A stretch of 57,319 bases of DNA, the filler included, from Sphacelaria rigidula (Eukaryota): the NCBI GenBank assembly GCA_964200075.2. It is 8 parts of 8 records of this genome, joined end to end, with 100 filler letters (N's around TTAATTAATTAA, not from the genome) between each part and the next. Parts side by side here need not be neighbours in the genome. Positions count along the whole stretch, not along the records: positions 1 to 7,078 come from CAXNAA020016599.1; positions 7,179 to 14,256 come from CAXNAA020016600.1; 6 more parts are not named here. One strand, 5' to 3'. The translations under genes and the position numbers were made by a program. Shown here piece after piece: positions 1 through 13,108 of the stretch (position 1 is the stretch's first letter; the number at the start of each line of letters is the position of its first letter). Under the pieces are notes generated by a model. It was not told the origin of the DNA. It searched no databases and saw only the letters and a program-made list of their open reading frames with translations.

Positions 1-319
1 AAAAAAAAAAAAAGAAAAAAAAAAAAAGAAAGAGCGGGCGGGAGGTGACGGGGGGGGGGGGGGGCGGGGGGAGGGGAAGGGGGTGTACTCATCATCAGGC
101 ATGCCATATTCATGGGACCATTGACCTCGCATCCCTACAAAGCCGGGACGGAGCACGCCGGGTTTTCGGGGGGGGCGTGGGGGGGTGGATTGCTTACGTG
201 TCCGGAAATGTACTCCGCGCTGCGTCCTGGTGCTTGCTTTTTTTTTCATTGCGAGAGGGATTCAGCAATCCCTTTCCTTCGTCGACCATGCAGCCGAACT
301 TCGGATACCCACGACATAG

Positions 320-653
320 CACACGCGGTCATTTGGCTACCTCCAAAATTCCTCCAGGTGGGTAAACTTTTCGAGCTCCCAGAGGAATTAAACGCCTCCG
401 GAGGGGTGCGCAGCCCTCCAGAGTAAGATTTTTTGTTTTCCTCCAGAGGGATTAAACCCTCCGGAGGCTTACTTTTGTCTCTAGAGGACCACGCATACCC
501 CCAAATTCCTCCGGAGGGGAGTGCGGCCCTCCAGGTCGGTAGAGTTTGGTTCCCTTCAGAGGGATTGAAGGCCTCCGGAGGCTTGTCTTCCTCCCTGGAG
601 GACCACGCACCCCTCCGGAGGCATTTTGGAATGTAGCCACATGGCCGCGCGTG
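320..653. mobile_element. CAC-ended MITE (CACTA/EnSpm-like) with 2-bp TSD; copies 51671-52051, 53186-53566, fragment ~50310-50440
   Basis: TIR CACACGCGGCCATTCGGCTAC. TSD is AG/AG here and CT/CT in both other copies. Interior is rich in CCTCC(A/G)GAGG palindromes. Removing it restores the host SINE. Confidence 0.85.
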
Positions 654-1247
654 AGTCGCTCTTCACTGCTGCGCATGGTGTGAGACAAATTCTGGTTCGT
701 GTGACTTCATCAAGGTTCGAAGCAACGACCCAGCCGTCAGAGTGATTCGAGGTTACCAACTAAGCCACCGGCGACCGACCACCACTACTGGGTATTGTTA
801 TTATTTTCGTCATCATGTTGAAGACAAGGAGACACGTCCGTACTGGCAACACAGGAGACTTTCACACAGCAAGGCCAGAATTTTCATATTGTTTTGTGAA
901 GTCCGCGTTCCTTCTGCGGTGCTTACCTTCCCATTTATTCGTAAGAAGGGTTCTTCAGAGGTCCCTTTCCCTGTATGTGTGTGTTGTCATCCCATCTATT
1001 CTGGACGCCAGTCTGCACCTTTCGGTATATGCTCACGAAAACGCTGTTATATGTGTGGGCGCATCAGCCGAGGTCACACGGGAGGAAGGAGGCTAACACA
1101 AGAGCTTTTTATTTTTCATTTGTCTCTAGTACCTCACCTTCCTTCTGCGGTGTTTCTCCGCGATCGTCTTCATTTGAGAGTGCATACAGTATCAATGTTT
1201 CCGATACAGAGATGTGTGTCCGTAGTTGTCTTGATTTGAGAGTATGT

Positions 1248-1273
1248 ACACACACACACACACACACACACAC
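1248..1273. repeat. (CA)n microsatellite
   Basis: Directly visible. Confidence 0.9.
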
Positions 1274-2216
1274 TTTCGGCAATCCGTGAGGGCTAGCCGT
1301 GCTCGCGCAACAAAATTTACTGAAGATGGAATTGTGGACCGTCTTATTTGCATGGGCGCATATTAGTTTGGAGTTGGTTGGTATTACATGCAGTACAGTG
1401 TACAGAGGAACATATACACAAGCGAGTATAAAGCTGAACATTCCACCGTACTGGTACACAGTGCAGTTGGGTAAGTAGATGAGGGCGGAGAGAACATATC
1501 GCACTACGTTCTAGCAGTGCACGTACGTCGGACCCCCCATTATTGGCCGATGGGTGTCCAGGTTAGCTGTACAGCGCTTTGTTATGCTTACAAAAAACAC
1601 TGACTTGCTGTGCATTACTGTCCCTGGGGGCTGTGCACTGTGCTTCAAATCATCTGGAAAGGAAAGCGACCTCCTCACGTCCGGCGCTCAGTACACAATA
1701 TACAAATCACTTTCAAACCCAAGGCGGGAACAACCACCCGACAGTAAGATGACAAAGCGTTCGACAGCAGCACACTACGCTTTTTCCACCAGTCACCAGC
1801 GTACATGGCAGTGCGTTCTACTGCGTTCTAGCAGCGCACGTGTGTCGGACCTCCCGTTGTTGGGCGATCGATATCCAGGTTAGGTGACAGTACAGTGCTT
1901 TGCGATGCTGACAAGAAGCACTGAACTGCTGTGCATGGGTGCAGTGCGTCGTATCCGTAGAGTCGGGACTACGGGGTTTTCAAACTCTATGGGTATTCAT
2001 ACAACTTGACCGTTCACCACGGGATATCTTTCGGCCTGCTTTTGCAGGGCGGCAGAGAAGAGTGACAGTTTTCTCCTCTTCAGTCCGTGCGTGTGTTGTA
2101 AAATACTGTTCCGAGAAGGATCATTTATCATTTGAATAAAGTATGAACCCAACAACGACACGACTTACAAGATTTCAGTACCAAGCGGGGAGACATTCAG
2201 GCCAGTAATACATTTG

Positions 2217-2233
2217 ATAATAATAACAACAAC

Positions 2234-2300
<67 letters not shown>
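2217..2300. repeat. (TAA)n microsatellite
   Basis: Directly visible; source of the poly-Ile ORF. Confidence 0.95.
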
Positions 2301-3345
2301 GTGATACCAGTGATGATCAATAATTGTCCAGCGTGTGCACCCTCACCAGCTGGAAGCATGATGGCCATGCTTTACGCCATGCAAGGAGAGTGACTTCAAC
2401 CATTGTCATGTTCGGATAGCTTTGGGTTGAAAGAATACGAGCTACGGCACAGCGGCATAGGAACACAAAAACTAAAAACTAAATTGATATCCGGCCAGAG
2501 TCCAATTTCGAAAAAAACAAAAATCATGTCCACAAGATGTCGCATGACGGATAATGCACCACTTACATACGTTAAAAACGTCAAAACTATTACTACAAGT
2601 CAGACGGTACAATTTTGCTCACATATTTGTTCGCAGAACTAACTGCACGGATCAAATCATCACTGTTTGTGGTACGCTTCCGCTATCAAGCAGGAATTAT
2701 TATCCCGTAATTATATTTCACCATTGAGGGGCTTCGTTGCGTGTTTCAAGCTCCATCATGATTTACTCGGGATCACAAACTCTATTCGTGTGCTGCTTTT
2801 AAAAGGTACTTCGATTATGTAACTTAGCATGTCGTGACGATCGATCATCAGTTTCTTTATTGATACAAACATCGTATTTTCAATCACTGCCGCGCCAAGC
2901 TGCAACATCAAAACCGTCAAGGTCGGAGTGGTCCTGGAGGGTTCGAGTCCTGCAAGGATTCTCTTTTTTCCCCGTATGTGTGCCGTCCAAACAACATGAA
3001 CACGTGAGTTTTGAGCTGACAAAAACATTACATCACAAAAAACTCTTCGAGAGTCGACGAGGGGTTATGGGTTGATGACCCATGTACGCTGCGGACTGCT
3101 TCCGAGTAAGGGACATGGGGTTAGAAGTACGACAAAGCAGGGGTGAATTAACCAAGACGGAGGTGATATGCACATCACATATCCCTCCCGCCCGGCCAGG
3201 GCAAAGCTTTCACGAAGCATCATCATTCAGAGCGACCGTCAATCAGCGTCATCCGAGCGGTTTGCTACATACGCCATAAAATGACGGGTTCCCGACAACT
3301 TCCAACGGATGGAGGTCACATTGCGTTATCCATCATGACTGCTTC

Positions 3346-3599
3346 ACACCCTGGACAATGACTACATCGTCAAAAAGGTGTACAGCGCACAGTATCGGCT
3401 ATTGCTTCTATTGCAATAGACACAGGACTCCACACTGTACGCAAGAAAACGTTTTGACCATGTAAGCCATTGTCAATGACTACATCGTCAAAAAGGTGGA
3501 CAGCGCACAGTATCGGCTATTGCTTTTATTGCATTAGGCAAAGGATTCCATACTGTACGCGAGAAACGTTTTGACTATGTAAGCCATTGCCCAGGGTGT
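3346..3599. mobile_element. Palindromic MITE (ACACCCTGGACAAT ends), here with an internal ~119-bp tandem duplication; single-unit copies 6035-6177 and 37438-37580
   Basis: Inverted termini ACACCCTGG/CCAGGGTGT and a shared core ACAGTAT.G.CTATTGC..C..TTGCAATAG. Confidence 0.75.
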
Positions 3600-6500
3600 C
3601 ATTTTCTATATCTTTTCAAGTATAGCAACTGACGACGACCGCGGATAGTCCATGAAGGTGCGAGGTGTACCCGAATGAATACCTCTAGTGCCAGCCCAGG
3701 ATTATATCACGGTAGGTACACAGCTAGCATTCCCGCTCGCCCATCAAAGTTGGGATCATCGACGGCTGCACTTTGCCGTATCACTGCGCACCTGACGAGA
3801 CCTAGGAGGGGTCTCGCGCACATGATACGAAAATGGTGGAAGCGTCGGAATGGTAAAGAGGCGTTGAAAAAAAATGGCGAGAAAAAAAACGTATCGGTGG
3901 CGAGCTAGCAGCGGTTGATTCCCGCGAGGGGGCCGCCAAAGCCCTCCGTAAAAAAGTAAAATTGCATCAAACACGATAGGTGCGTGCGTTCAAGACTCTC
4001 GTACGCGTTCTGTGTCTCACCGTTTGTTACAAAAACGACACAAAGGGTGTCCGTCCACGCCGGACTCGTGCTTCCGCAGACCTGCCACAGTAAACACCTC
4101 CTGCTCCGACAAAAACAGGGGTCTGCTGTCCAGGCACAAGTTGCAGAAGGATCTCTGGTGGCGGTACTTCATGTGTCCTTCCAGGGCTCCTGTTGCAAAA
4201 TAGAGAACGGAGGTAAATCACGAGTAACTATGAGTACTCCTGAAATCCAAACCAATACTTCGCTAGCATTACCACCACCACCATCGCTGATTCTACTGCT
4301 GCCGCTACCACGCCATCACTTCCGCCACACACACACAGCTGCTGCCATCATCACCATAACAACTGCGACAATCACCAGTACTACACAAACATCATCCAAG
4401 ATAGAAAGAATCGTTCATGATCAAAATAACAGAAACAGCAACAAAAAATACTGATATGATGAAAAAGTAGTCACGGCACGACAAGCGACCCGTGGCAAAC
4501 ATGCCGTGACTCGAAACGGGTACTTGTGAGTACCATTATAGTTTCTCGAAAGTCGGAAAAACAAATGGCAGTCATAGGATTCAGATTGATACATACCTTT
4601 ACTCTGGAACACGCCTCCACCATTGCCGCCGCCTCCATCATCTCCTGAACATCCTTCCACGGGACAAAAGAATCCCGTGGCACGGATGAGATAATCGTAA
4701 TGGCTCCGACACGCGTTGAAAATCATCCCCCATGCGTCGTTAAATACCGAATCTGGACCGGCGAAATCTCCCCACAGGTTGAAAGATTCGAATCTCGGGG
4801 CCACACCATCCGCCGGGAGTTCTGCTACGACCTTTTCACGAGGATTGGGGCAGGGCGGGGGATCACGACAAGACAGCACCATCAAACCCGGAAAGAATAT
4901 CATATTTCGTGGTAGGATTTTTCATGAGACGGTACCTCATACGGCCCAGTTATACACATTTTGTATATGCGGAGAGATCCCTCCCACATATAGACCAGAC
5001 AGAGGCCGTTACAGGTGCAGTCCCTACTGTACATTGCCTGGGAGGCCCGGAACTCTCATATCTGTACAGCCGGCTCTGGGACCTTCGGCAACACGGATCT
5101 TGCCGGTAGACCACCGTCAAGCCCCCTGGGAATCACTTGAATTCTTCATCTGCCCCTACCCGGAGCCCAGTGATTCAACAGCCTAAATACTCGACTACGG
5201 TCAAGGCTTGCCCACATAACACGAGGAAAATCATCGAGAACCCTCGACGGTTGCTACCGTCCGCCGTGAGTCTCGCGATCTTCACATTGGCGACACCAGT
5301 GGTGTCTTCGGCGTGTCACGACTTCTTGTGTTTTGGCTAGGGGTTTTCACCATCGGCGGCGTTGCCTGCTGTGAAGAAGCGGGATTGGCGAACGAGGCGG
5401 GTAATCCTGGCTCGTCAGTGTGTATGCACCCTTCCCTATTGGGGACGATCCACGGCCTTGGCCTTCTCTACTGGTGTAGCTGTTTTTGTGATGATATTTG
5501 GCCTCGAAATTACATGAACAGATATTGCGTACCTTCAACGAACTCCACCATACATGATTTTTTGTTTGGTCGGGAACATCAATTGAGCGCGAGTTTCTTC
5601 GTTGACCATTGTGTTTTACACTGGTCGTATAAATGTACGTGCCCGCTATGCGTTTCGATACGTACTCTCCGGACAATATACCAGCGATACCCACTAGACG
5701 TCTCAATATATGCCATGCAGTCAGGACCATCACCCCTCGTGGAATACAACGTGTATTGGTTGTCCAATGAACACATGGTTCGCGAGACGCGCGCATACAC
5801 ACATCGAGGGAGAAATGTATCGCCACTTTTCAGGATGTTCACCTAATAGACTCCCTTCCTATACATTTCACTTTTTCTTCGGCTCGTGTTTTTCATTGTG
5901 TTAACCGCGGGTACAGAAAGTCCATCACATGACCACGGCTGGAGCCTCGGGGGGAACAGTTAAATATGCGACAGTCTATCAATAAATATGTATACATACC
6001 GAAATACCAATATCATATCGACCCGTCCAAGCTGCACAACGGGGACAATCGATTACCTCTTCGTCAAAAAAAGTGTACTGCGTACAGTATCGACTATTGC
6101 ATCCGTTGACATGGCCAGTATATTCCATACTGTACGATGTACACTTTTTGACAATCTGATGTTTTGTCCAGGGTGTGCTAATGTACGAACAGCTGTGTAT
6201 TGGGTACGTATATACTTTTGCCCATGGATAGCTCCGTACCGGATCGCCCGAAGAGCGATAGTCAGGACAGCACACGTACGGCAACCCGAAATGGTGCCTC
6301 CACAGTACTCAACTCGCTTAGAACAATCTCGGCAACTGAAAACTAGGCTTTGGCTTTTTATGCTAGCACGGTCTTTGAAGAATTCGTTTTTCTTGAAAAT
6401 AATGTTGGGTCGCTATTTTGTAAATCCTTGCTAGCATCATGAGTACGAGCTGGGCCAGCCTAAAAACGGATTCAAGGTCTAAAAGCAATATCTCATCGAC

Positions 6501-7078
6501 ACAGATGAGTTGGGCCGTGATCCGCATATCGTATTAATCGTTCAATCAAAGGAAAGGTGCTCATCTGCTCAAAAGTTTGGGTTCATATTTTCTCGTTGAT
6601 TAAACCCCATCTCTAGTAATTCCTATACCTGAGGGAGATAGCGCCAATACTAAAATCTCCATGAAACTCCCGATCCATGCATTCAGCGGATGGCGACGAA
6701 TTTTGGTGTGGAGAACCACAGGAGGGTGCCGGATAAAAAAAAAAAATGGGCCTTCCATTTTTTTTTCATAGAGGTTAGGGCGTTCTCGTGAGATATGGTC
6801 GTTACCATAGTAGAACGCTCTAAACCAGTGGAATGAATTGAAAAAATAAACCTGACCCACTTCTTTTTGTTAATTATGCCTTAGAGAGCGCCCCCACAAG
6901 ATTTCAATACACAAACAGCAAACGTGGGCCGGTAAATGGCCTGCAAAATATTGTTCCGAATTCCTTCTGACCCTGTCACTAAACGGCCCATTATACGGCC
7001 AATACTTTCGGTGTACACTTCTGACAGATCTGGCGTTTGTTGTTTGTTTGCTTGTTTGTCTTTCTTTTTTCTCTCTCT

Positions 7079-7178
7079 NNNNNNNNNNNNNNNNNNNNNN
7101 NNNNNNNNNNNNNNNNNNNNNNTTAATTAATTAANNNNNNNNNNNNNNNNNNNNNNNNNNNNNNNNNNNNNNNNNNNN
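7079..7178. other. Artificial contig-joining spacer (44 N + TTAATTAATTAA + 44 N); identical spacers at 14257-14356, 21435-21534, 28613-28712, 35790-35889, 42967-43066, 50144-50243
   Basis: The same 100-nt block recurs every 7177-7178 bp. The linker has stop codons in all six frames. Contig lengths fall monotonically from 7078 to 7076. Confidence 0.97.
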
Positions 7179-7469
7179 CACACAAACCCCGTCGACTACT
7201 TTGTTTACTCACGTTCTCACGCTTTCCACGGTGGAAATCATGCATCACGAAGAGATCACATTTCGCGCGAAAAAAGTGAACCCCTACCGTAGCATTGCTC
7301 TGAGACAGAGGGGGCAGTGGAAACGGGTCGCAAAAGATGCACGCAGAGCGACGAGAGAAGAGAGTGCCGTATTTTTTCTTCGTGTGCTCCGACGTTCCTC
7401 GAGTGGTCATTACAGCAATTTATTATGGTCACATCCCACTGTGTGTGCTCGAGGTGATGCCGTGATAAC

Positions 7470-7687
7470 CAGGGCTCTTTACCTTACACGTCACAAATTT
7501 CGTTACACGTTACAAGTGAAGCCTGGCTAGTACTACGGTGGGGGACTACGTGGTCCCCCACCGTAGTACTAGCAAGGCCCGAGGCTTAATTTTATGTGAC
7601 TTGACTTTACAGAGGGCTCCGCGTGGAACGAATTTTGTGATGTGTAACGTGTAACGAAATTTGTGACGTATAACGCAACGAGCCCTG
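7470..7687. mobile_element. hAT-type MITE with perfect 8-bp TSD
   Basis: CAGGGCTC...GAGCCCTG termini with ~45-bp imperfect inverted arms. TSD GTGATAAC at 7462-7469 and 7688-7695. Confidence 0.9.
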
Positions 7688-8734
7688 GTGATAACCCCCC
7701 CCTCAGAAAACTGACTGGTTTGAGGGTGCAAAATCTACATGTAAACCAAAAATGACAGAGAGCCGAGCACACCGAGCTGCTGTGAACTCCCATGCTTGAG
7801 ATCGTTTCCGCCAATGTAGCCCATATGGGGGGCTTCATGACGTCTAAAACTAGCTGTCATACGTTGCGTGCCCATTTTTCTTCGTGGCAGTCTTGGGGCT
7901 GGTTGGGGGGAGGGTTTTTGCGGCATCACTCCCTCCCGCGTGGGGGGCGACCGCGGGGTCATTTGTAAGGGAAGCAAAAACGGATCATTCGGACAATCAA
8001 AACTACCGATACGGGCTGGCCACTCCAGCTATATAGTCACCATATCCAACCAGTATGAGTCAGTCCACAACATACACAATAGCATAGTATTTTTTTATTT
8101 GTGTGTGTTTTTTTGTAAACTCTCAAAATGATGTTGGAAACCTACTCCATCCCGTGTGCCACACGTACGTTGCTGCATTTCAGAGATGAGTCATGCTGTC
8201 CGTCGCTGGGGCCGCGCAGCTGGGGAAATTTTCATGCTGAATTTTTGTCCATGTCGGGTTTCTGAAAAACTCGCACCAATTTTACTTGGAATTTCATATT
8301 TCCTCTTTCCCAGCGTAAACACACATGGTATATATTCATATATAATCAGGGATGATTTGATTGGTTGATTTTCATGAAAGGGTCTGATGGAAGGGTTGGG
8401 ATAGGATTAGTCGGTTGTTTTGGGGTTTCATGGACAAGGACAAGACAACAATAGCGTTGGACCTGAAAGTTTTGTTATCGGAGCCTGACCCCCGTTATCC
8501 GAAGCAACGCTTTCTTTGGCACTACTGTGACTGTCTTCAGTGTGACTGACCCCCCGGATGCCTGAGGGTTCATAGTCAGGATCTCCTCGGGGGCAGGGTT
8601 GAGTCGGGGTTAGACTTGGGGCTGAGTTGGGTTGGGGGTGGGAAAAAGAGACGATTAACCGAGGCACACTGGACCGTATTTGGCGCACGGGTGATCGTAA
8701 CACTTCGGGTACAACGAGTTTTTTTATCCTGATC

Positions 8735-8998
8735 AAGGATCAGGTAAATCAATGATTCGTCTGAAAAATTCCTTGATTTTAGTGTGATTGACTCATACCG
8801 TACGAATCAATCCTCAGGCTTTGTTTTCAGCGTTGCAACCCAGGTACGCGCAGCCCAGGCACGTGGAATGGCGCAAAAAATGCGCAGAGACTTTTGTTAC
8901 CAGCGGTCGATTTTTTTCTTCTCTTTTTTGAGCGATGAGGCCTGGAAAATCGTGGATTTCGTGATTCGAACCGGCTAATGATTCGTCCGAACCGTCAT
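8735..8998. repeat. Dispersed ~250-bp MITE-like repeat; copies ~37160-37380 and ~40188-40440
   Basis: Shared CGTACGAATCAAT...GCAACCCAGGTACGCGCAGCCCAGGCACGTGGAATGGCGC core and ATGATTCGTCC.AACCGT end. Confidence 0.7.
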
Positions 8999-9009
8999 CC
9001 CTATTATAG

Positions 9010-9248
9010 GGCGGCGCGTGCACTACGCCAACTACGCCAAGTTGACGGGGATTTTGAGTGGGTTCAGCTCCCACCCTCACTGCCTTGAGCAAAAGCTTGC
9101 CGAACGCTCGAGGCGCCTACTCCGCATGACTGTGGCGAGGGGGTCTAGCTGAGACTGCGGGTGATCGGCATAGACTATCCCGATCCCGGGGTTAGTGTTG
9201 GGTGAGGTTTCGTCCTTCCTTCAAGACAGGAGAAAAAGGAAAAAAAAT
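9010..9248 (+). repeat. Dispersed repeat with A-rich tail (retroposon 3' end); second copy ~54268-54489
   Basis: Shared CGCCAAGTT..GGGGATTTT.AGTGGGT, CGCTCGAGGCGCCTAC, GTGATCGGCA and TCCTTCCTTC followed by an A-rich tail. Confidence 0.7.
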
Positions 9249-9578
9249 GAACCCGTACAGTAGTAGTTCTCGGGCCCGTACAGATAAATTGAACTGCAGT
9301 GGGAGTCGTTGTGCAGAAACCTTCACCCCGTTCTGATGCGTGTCGCCAGACCTAAATGTAATATATATATATATATATATGGAAATCAGTGTTGAAAGTG
9401 GGCATCGATTCGTCGATACAATTGCCGTACAAATCGTTGATTCTGCGCATCGGAATCGTTGGTTGGTAAAACGATATTTCCCGATTCGAGTCAATGTCGA
9501 GTGTCGAGTGTCGGGTATGGATACCGTTTTCGATATTTGGCAACCGTTCCAAAGAACGCGTGGGGGGGGGGGGGGGCC

Positions 9579-9644
9579 GTACTCATTTGTTGCTTGCCTT
9601 AGTCGTTTGACCATTGACCACGCATCCCTTTCGAGACGGAACGC
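9579..9644 (-). mobile_element. Stand-alone ~66-nt LINE A 3' module with poly(C) tail and TSD; further copies 22693-22757(-), 25288-25352(+), 31456-31525(-), degraded ~42905-42960(-)
   Basis: Closely matches 24790-24855. Flanked by the direct repeat GAACGCGTGGGGGGG at 9554 and 9646. Confidence 0.85.
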
Positions 9645-12212
9645 GGAACGCGTGGGGGGGGGGGATTTTTCACGTACCCTGCCCTCTCCTCACATTTCCA
9701 AATCAACTCTCGCCGATCCCAGTCGCTCTGATATCAGCTCATCTATACACCACAAACCACGCCAGCTTCTTGATATTCTGGTAGCCTGCATGTTATTAAG
9801 TCGTACTTTAGTATTTTCCAATTAGGTCATAGCATTTCAACGGTAGGTAACATTGGCACAAACGACGTGTTTTTTTACTCTGCTCGAGGTCTTTGCCGCC
9901 TGCCTAGACCGTCTTGTCTTGCCAGCATAGCTCCACACTGTTTGTAGTATAGTTGGGCAACACTAAGTGAGCACATCAGCATCGTGCAGTGGACTGTTCC
10001 GTGGAGAGCGATGGCACGCTCACTGTTCCTTGCCGTCGTGTTCAGCATAGATATATAATATACATACTGCCTCTGCACTCACTAGACCACAGAGTAAGAG
10101 CCGGTCGGGTTTCTCCGGTACTTGTCTCTCTCTATAAGCCCGACATCCGCATGTGTATGAAAAAAGGCGTTTCGTGTAGTGAAAAAAACAGTTATTCTGA
10201 ATCCCCAAATATCGCATAGTCCATCTGACTCCATCTGAGGCCGTGTCTTGCAAAAAAAAATCGACTCCAAAACATGCGGTCGAATCGAATTGGTCGGTAC
10301 GAGGCCGTATCAGATAAGTCCACGGCATTTATGTTCTCAGATGGCTTCAAGTTCATTTTATAATTATGTGCGCGCGATGGGCAGGGTCAAAAACAGAAGA
10401 GCTTGGCTTTTTCGAGCGAAACGAGCGGAGGAAATGGACGAAGGGGCGCATGACTCCTATGTTGCAGACAACCATGCCAGATACCACCCTTTCACGGAAC
10501 TATGCAAAACCCACATCGTTCATTCGCAGCCACCAACTCAACCCTGCAGCTTAGATCACGAACTGAGCACAGGGGTAAGTACACTGCAGTGAGAGGGAAC
10601 CAACGCCACAGCCCTCTTGGCATCACGTGTTTCTTTTTTGTTGGCGAAAACTTGGGCATCTCATTTTGTGGGAAGGTACACTGACGGAGTTACATGTTGG
10701 GGTGGGCGACGGAGTTGCGAACAAGATCATGGACAGTAATGCAGGCCGCGCAAAACTACATGTGATTCAAATCTTCTTCATATCCTCCCTTATGCAGAGT
10801 ACAGACAACTCTGCTGTCTGCATGGCATATTATAAAAAACACAGTACAGTATGCACAGGCAGCATACACTGTCGGTACATTCTGTACTGCTGTCTGTAGT
10901 GAATACAAGTAAAGAAGCACCACTTCACGAATTTCGTTTCGCTTTTTCGATCCAAAGCGTGCAAATTCGCTCGGACGCAAACACAGCAAAACGAACTGAA
11001 TCAATTCCGCCGCACGAACTCGTCCGAGTCGATTTCTTTTTGGGTGGTAGCGGTACTCGTGAAATTGTGTCAACCGTGGACATTTGTAGCCCAGCGCCGG
11101 TAAACTAGCATCCCATCTCAGCTGTGTTATTCCTTCACCATAATATGGAGGCGGTGTTATGGCAGCTTGGTCGTGAAGAGAATCCGCGCCTCGCGTCAGA
11201 TGACGCCGAAACTTGGAGAATGTGCGGATCGGTATTAGAGGAAGGTGTCACAGTCATGGCTGTAGCAAGGGAAGTCGCTGATCGCCCGGTCGGTCTGCAT
11301 TGATACGGTGGACACCCACGATGCGTGGAATTTTACTTTTTCAACACCCTGTTGTCTGATGACGATTCAAGTGGGTACAGTGATAGTTGAGCACGCAGTG
11401 CTGCGACGGATCCTGCCGGTCTCGTCATCAATCTTCGCCCAGTTATGGATGAACGCAAAAAAACAGCAAACAAGTACGAAGTATCATTTATGGTCCTCTA
11501 TACATGTGAGGGTTGGGAGCTGAACGTACCCACTCCAAAACGGTCGACAGTCGAACCTTAAATTTGAGCTCCTGCCGCGTGACTATAATAGTGGATAGTG
11601 CCACGGACCCTTGCCGGCGTACCTGGCACTGGGGGCGACACCGCGGCGCAGACAGTCCCACCACTACCGGGACGGCCGTGCAAACAGGCTTGCAACCGGG
11701 ATGGTCGTTGCACTGGTGCTCTTCTAGCGTCACCAATTGAGAGTACCTCCGCACAGGCTTTGCACGTGAATATTTCGGTGATTGCCTCACTTCTACTTCG
11801 GCCATGTGCTGTTGATTATAACGATCTCACCGCCCGTGACAACAGCTTTCTACAGTCAGTACGAGTATGTAATGTGCCGTGCACGGTATGGAAGCTGTTG
11901 CCTACTGCGACGTGCGCAATACACGTGGTGGGAACTGTGCGTAGTATCACTTCAAGACAGTGTATATATCTCCACGGTATGAATTGTTTCAGCCGGCTTG
12001 CGCGCCATAGCGGCTGTGTTACCATACAGCTCCGCTCGAGATACAGGCAGGCATTATAACGGCAGAGGCGGCATTTTACTCCTGCGTGCGCCACCTAGGG
12101 CAAATGCACGCTTAGCTGCAACACCGATCGCTGTACAAGATGTGGCGGAGCGAGGGGTGGTACATCACGTACACAAAGATAGCAAGCAGTATGATACACA
12201 TATACATATATA

Positions 12213-13108
12213 CTTCCTCTGTCCCATAAGTCTGGGGAGTTATGTTTGTACGAGCCCTTAACGGTGTCGGATGTTTTCGGCGATAGTTTTTATGAAATCT
12301 TGAGCGTTTTTCGGGTTGAAACACAATATTTTTTTGTTCATTGCGCACTACCCTGCATGTGCTAGCGGCTGACAAAAAAGTAGTCAGGCCAAAAATGGCC
12401 GTATTTTGACCACTTTCCACCGGGGGCACTATAAAAAAATAACACTAAAAACCCCCAAGAATTATTCCCAACCCTAAACCTAACCCCTCTCTACTCAACG
12501 ATCCACGTCGCATCCCCCATACTAAAACCAAGACACTTGGGGGTCCCACACTAAAACCAAGACACTTGGGTGGCAAACCAAACAACAGTAGGCCCCACCC
12601 TCTACTCAACGCTCCAACTCAACGATCCATGTCGCATCCCCCTATACTAAAACCAGTATAATAGTGAACCCACACTAAAACCAAGACACTTGAGGTTTCA
12701 ACACTAAAATCAAGACACTTGAGGGTCCCCAGGGGAAAACAAACAATTAGTTGTCCTCACAACCTCCACCGCGATAGCAATGCGGCGGCCCACGGATAGC
12801 TCGCCGCCCTTGCAACGGGGGGGGGGGGGGGGACTTGGGGGCAAGTCCATGGTATTGTGTTGTCTGTGGGCTAGCTCTAGGGGTGGTAAACACGAAATCT
12901 TGAAAAAAAACTCAAAAGAAAACTCGAAAATCTCAAAAATGGGCATATTTTGACTTCATTTCAGTATGGACAACCGGCTTCTTTTTTTTTGCATCAGCTT
13001 CGTCAAGTCTTCATCTTTCCAACGAACCTAACTATAGGATGATCGGAAAAGTATGAGTGCGCAACAATTATACGCCCATAACTCCCCAGACTTATGGGAC
13101 AGAGGAAG
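12213..13108. mobile_element. Tc1/mariner (Stowaway-like) non-autonomous element with TA TSD
   Basis: Perfect TIR CTTCCTCTGTCCCATAAGTCTGGGGAGTTATG with TA on both sides. Internal CTAAAACCAAGACACTTG repeats at ~12520-12725. Confidence 0.88.

Noticed and set aside
690-778. tRNA gene
   Set aside because: It has A/B boxes but no proper cloverleaf and continues into a repeat body shared with 20843-21225, so it is a SINE head.
2165-2368. Poly-Ile ORF (also the poly-Pro ORFs at 24727-25111 and the Ala-Phe/Val ORF at 53728-54231)
   Set aside because: These are translations of microsatellites or homopolymer tails.
4421-5846. Several overlapping 150-180-aa ORFs
   Set aside because: No recognisable motif in any frame. 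They may be decayed TE coding sequence, but that cannot be supported without a search.
7123-7134. TTAATTAATTAA recurring with ~7.18-kb periodicity as a biological motif
   Set aside because: It is always embedded in 44+44 Ns and is a synthetic all-frame-stop linker.
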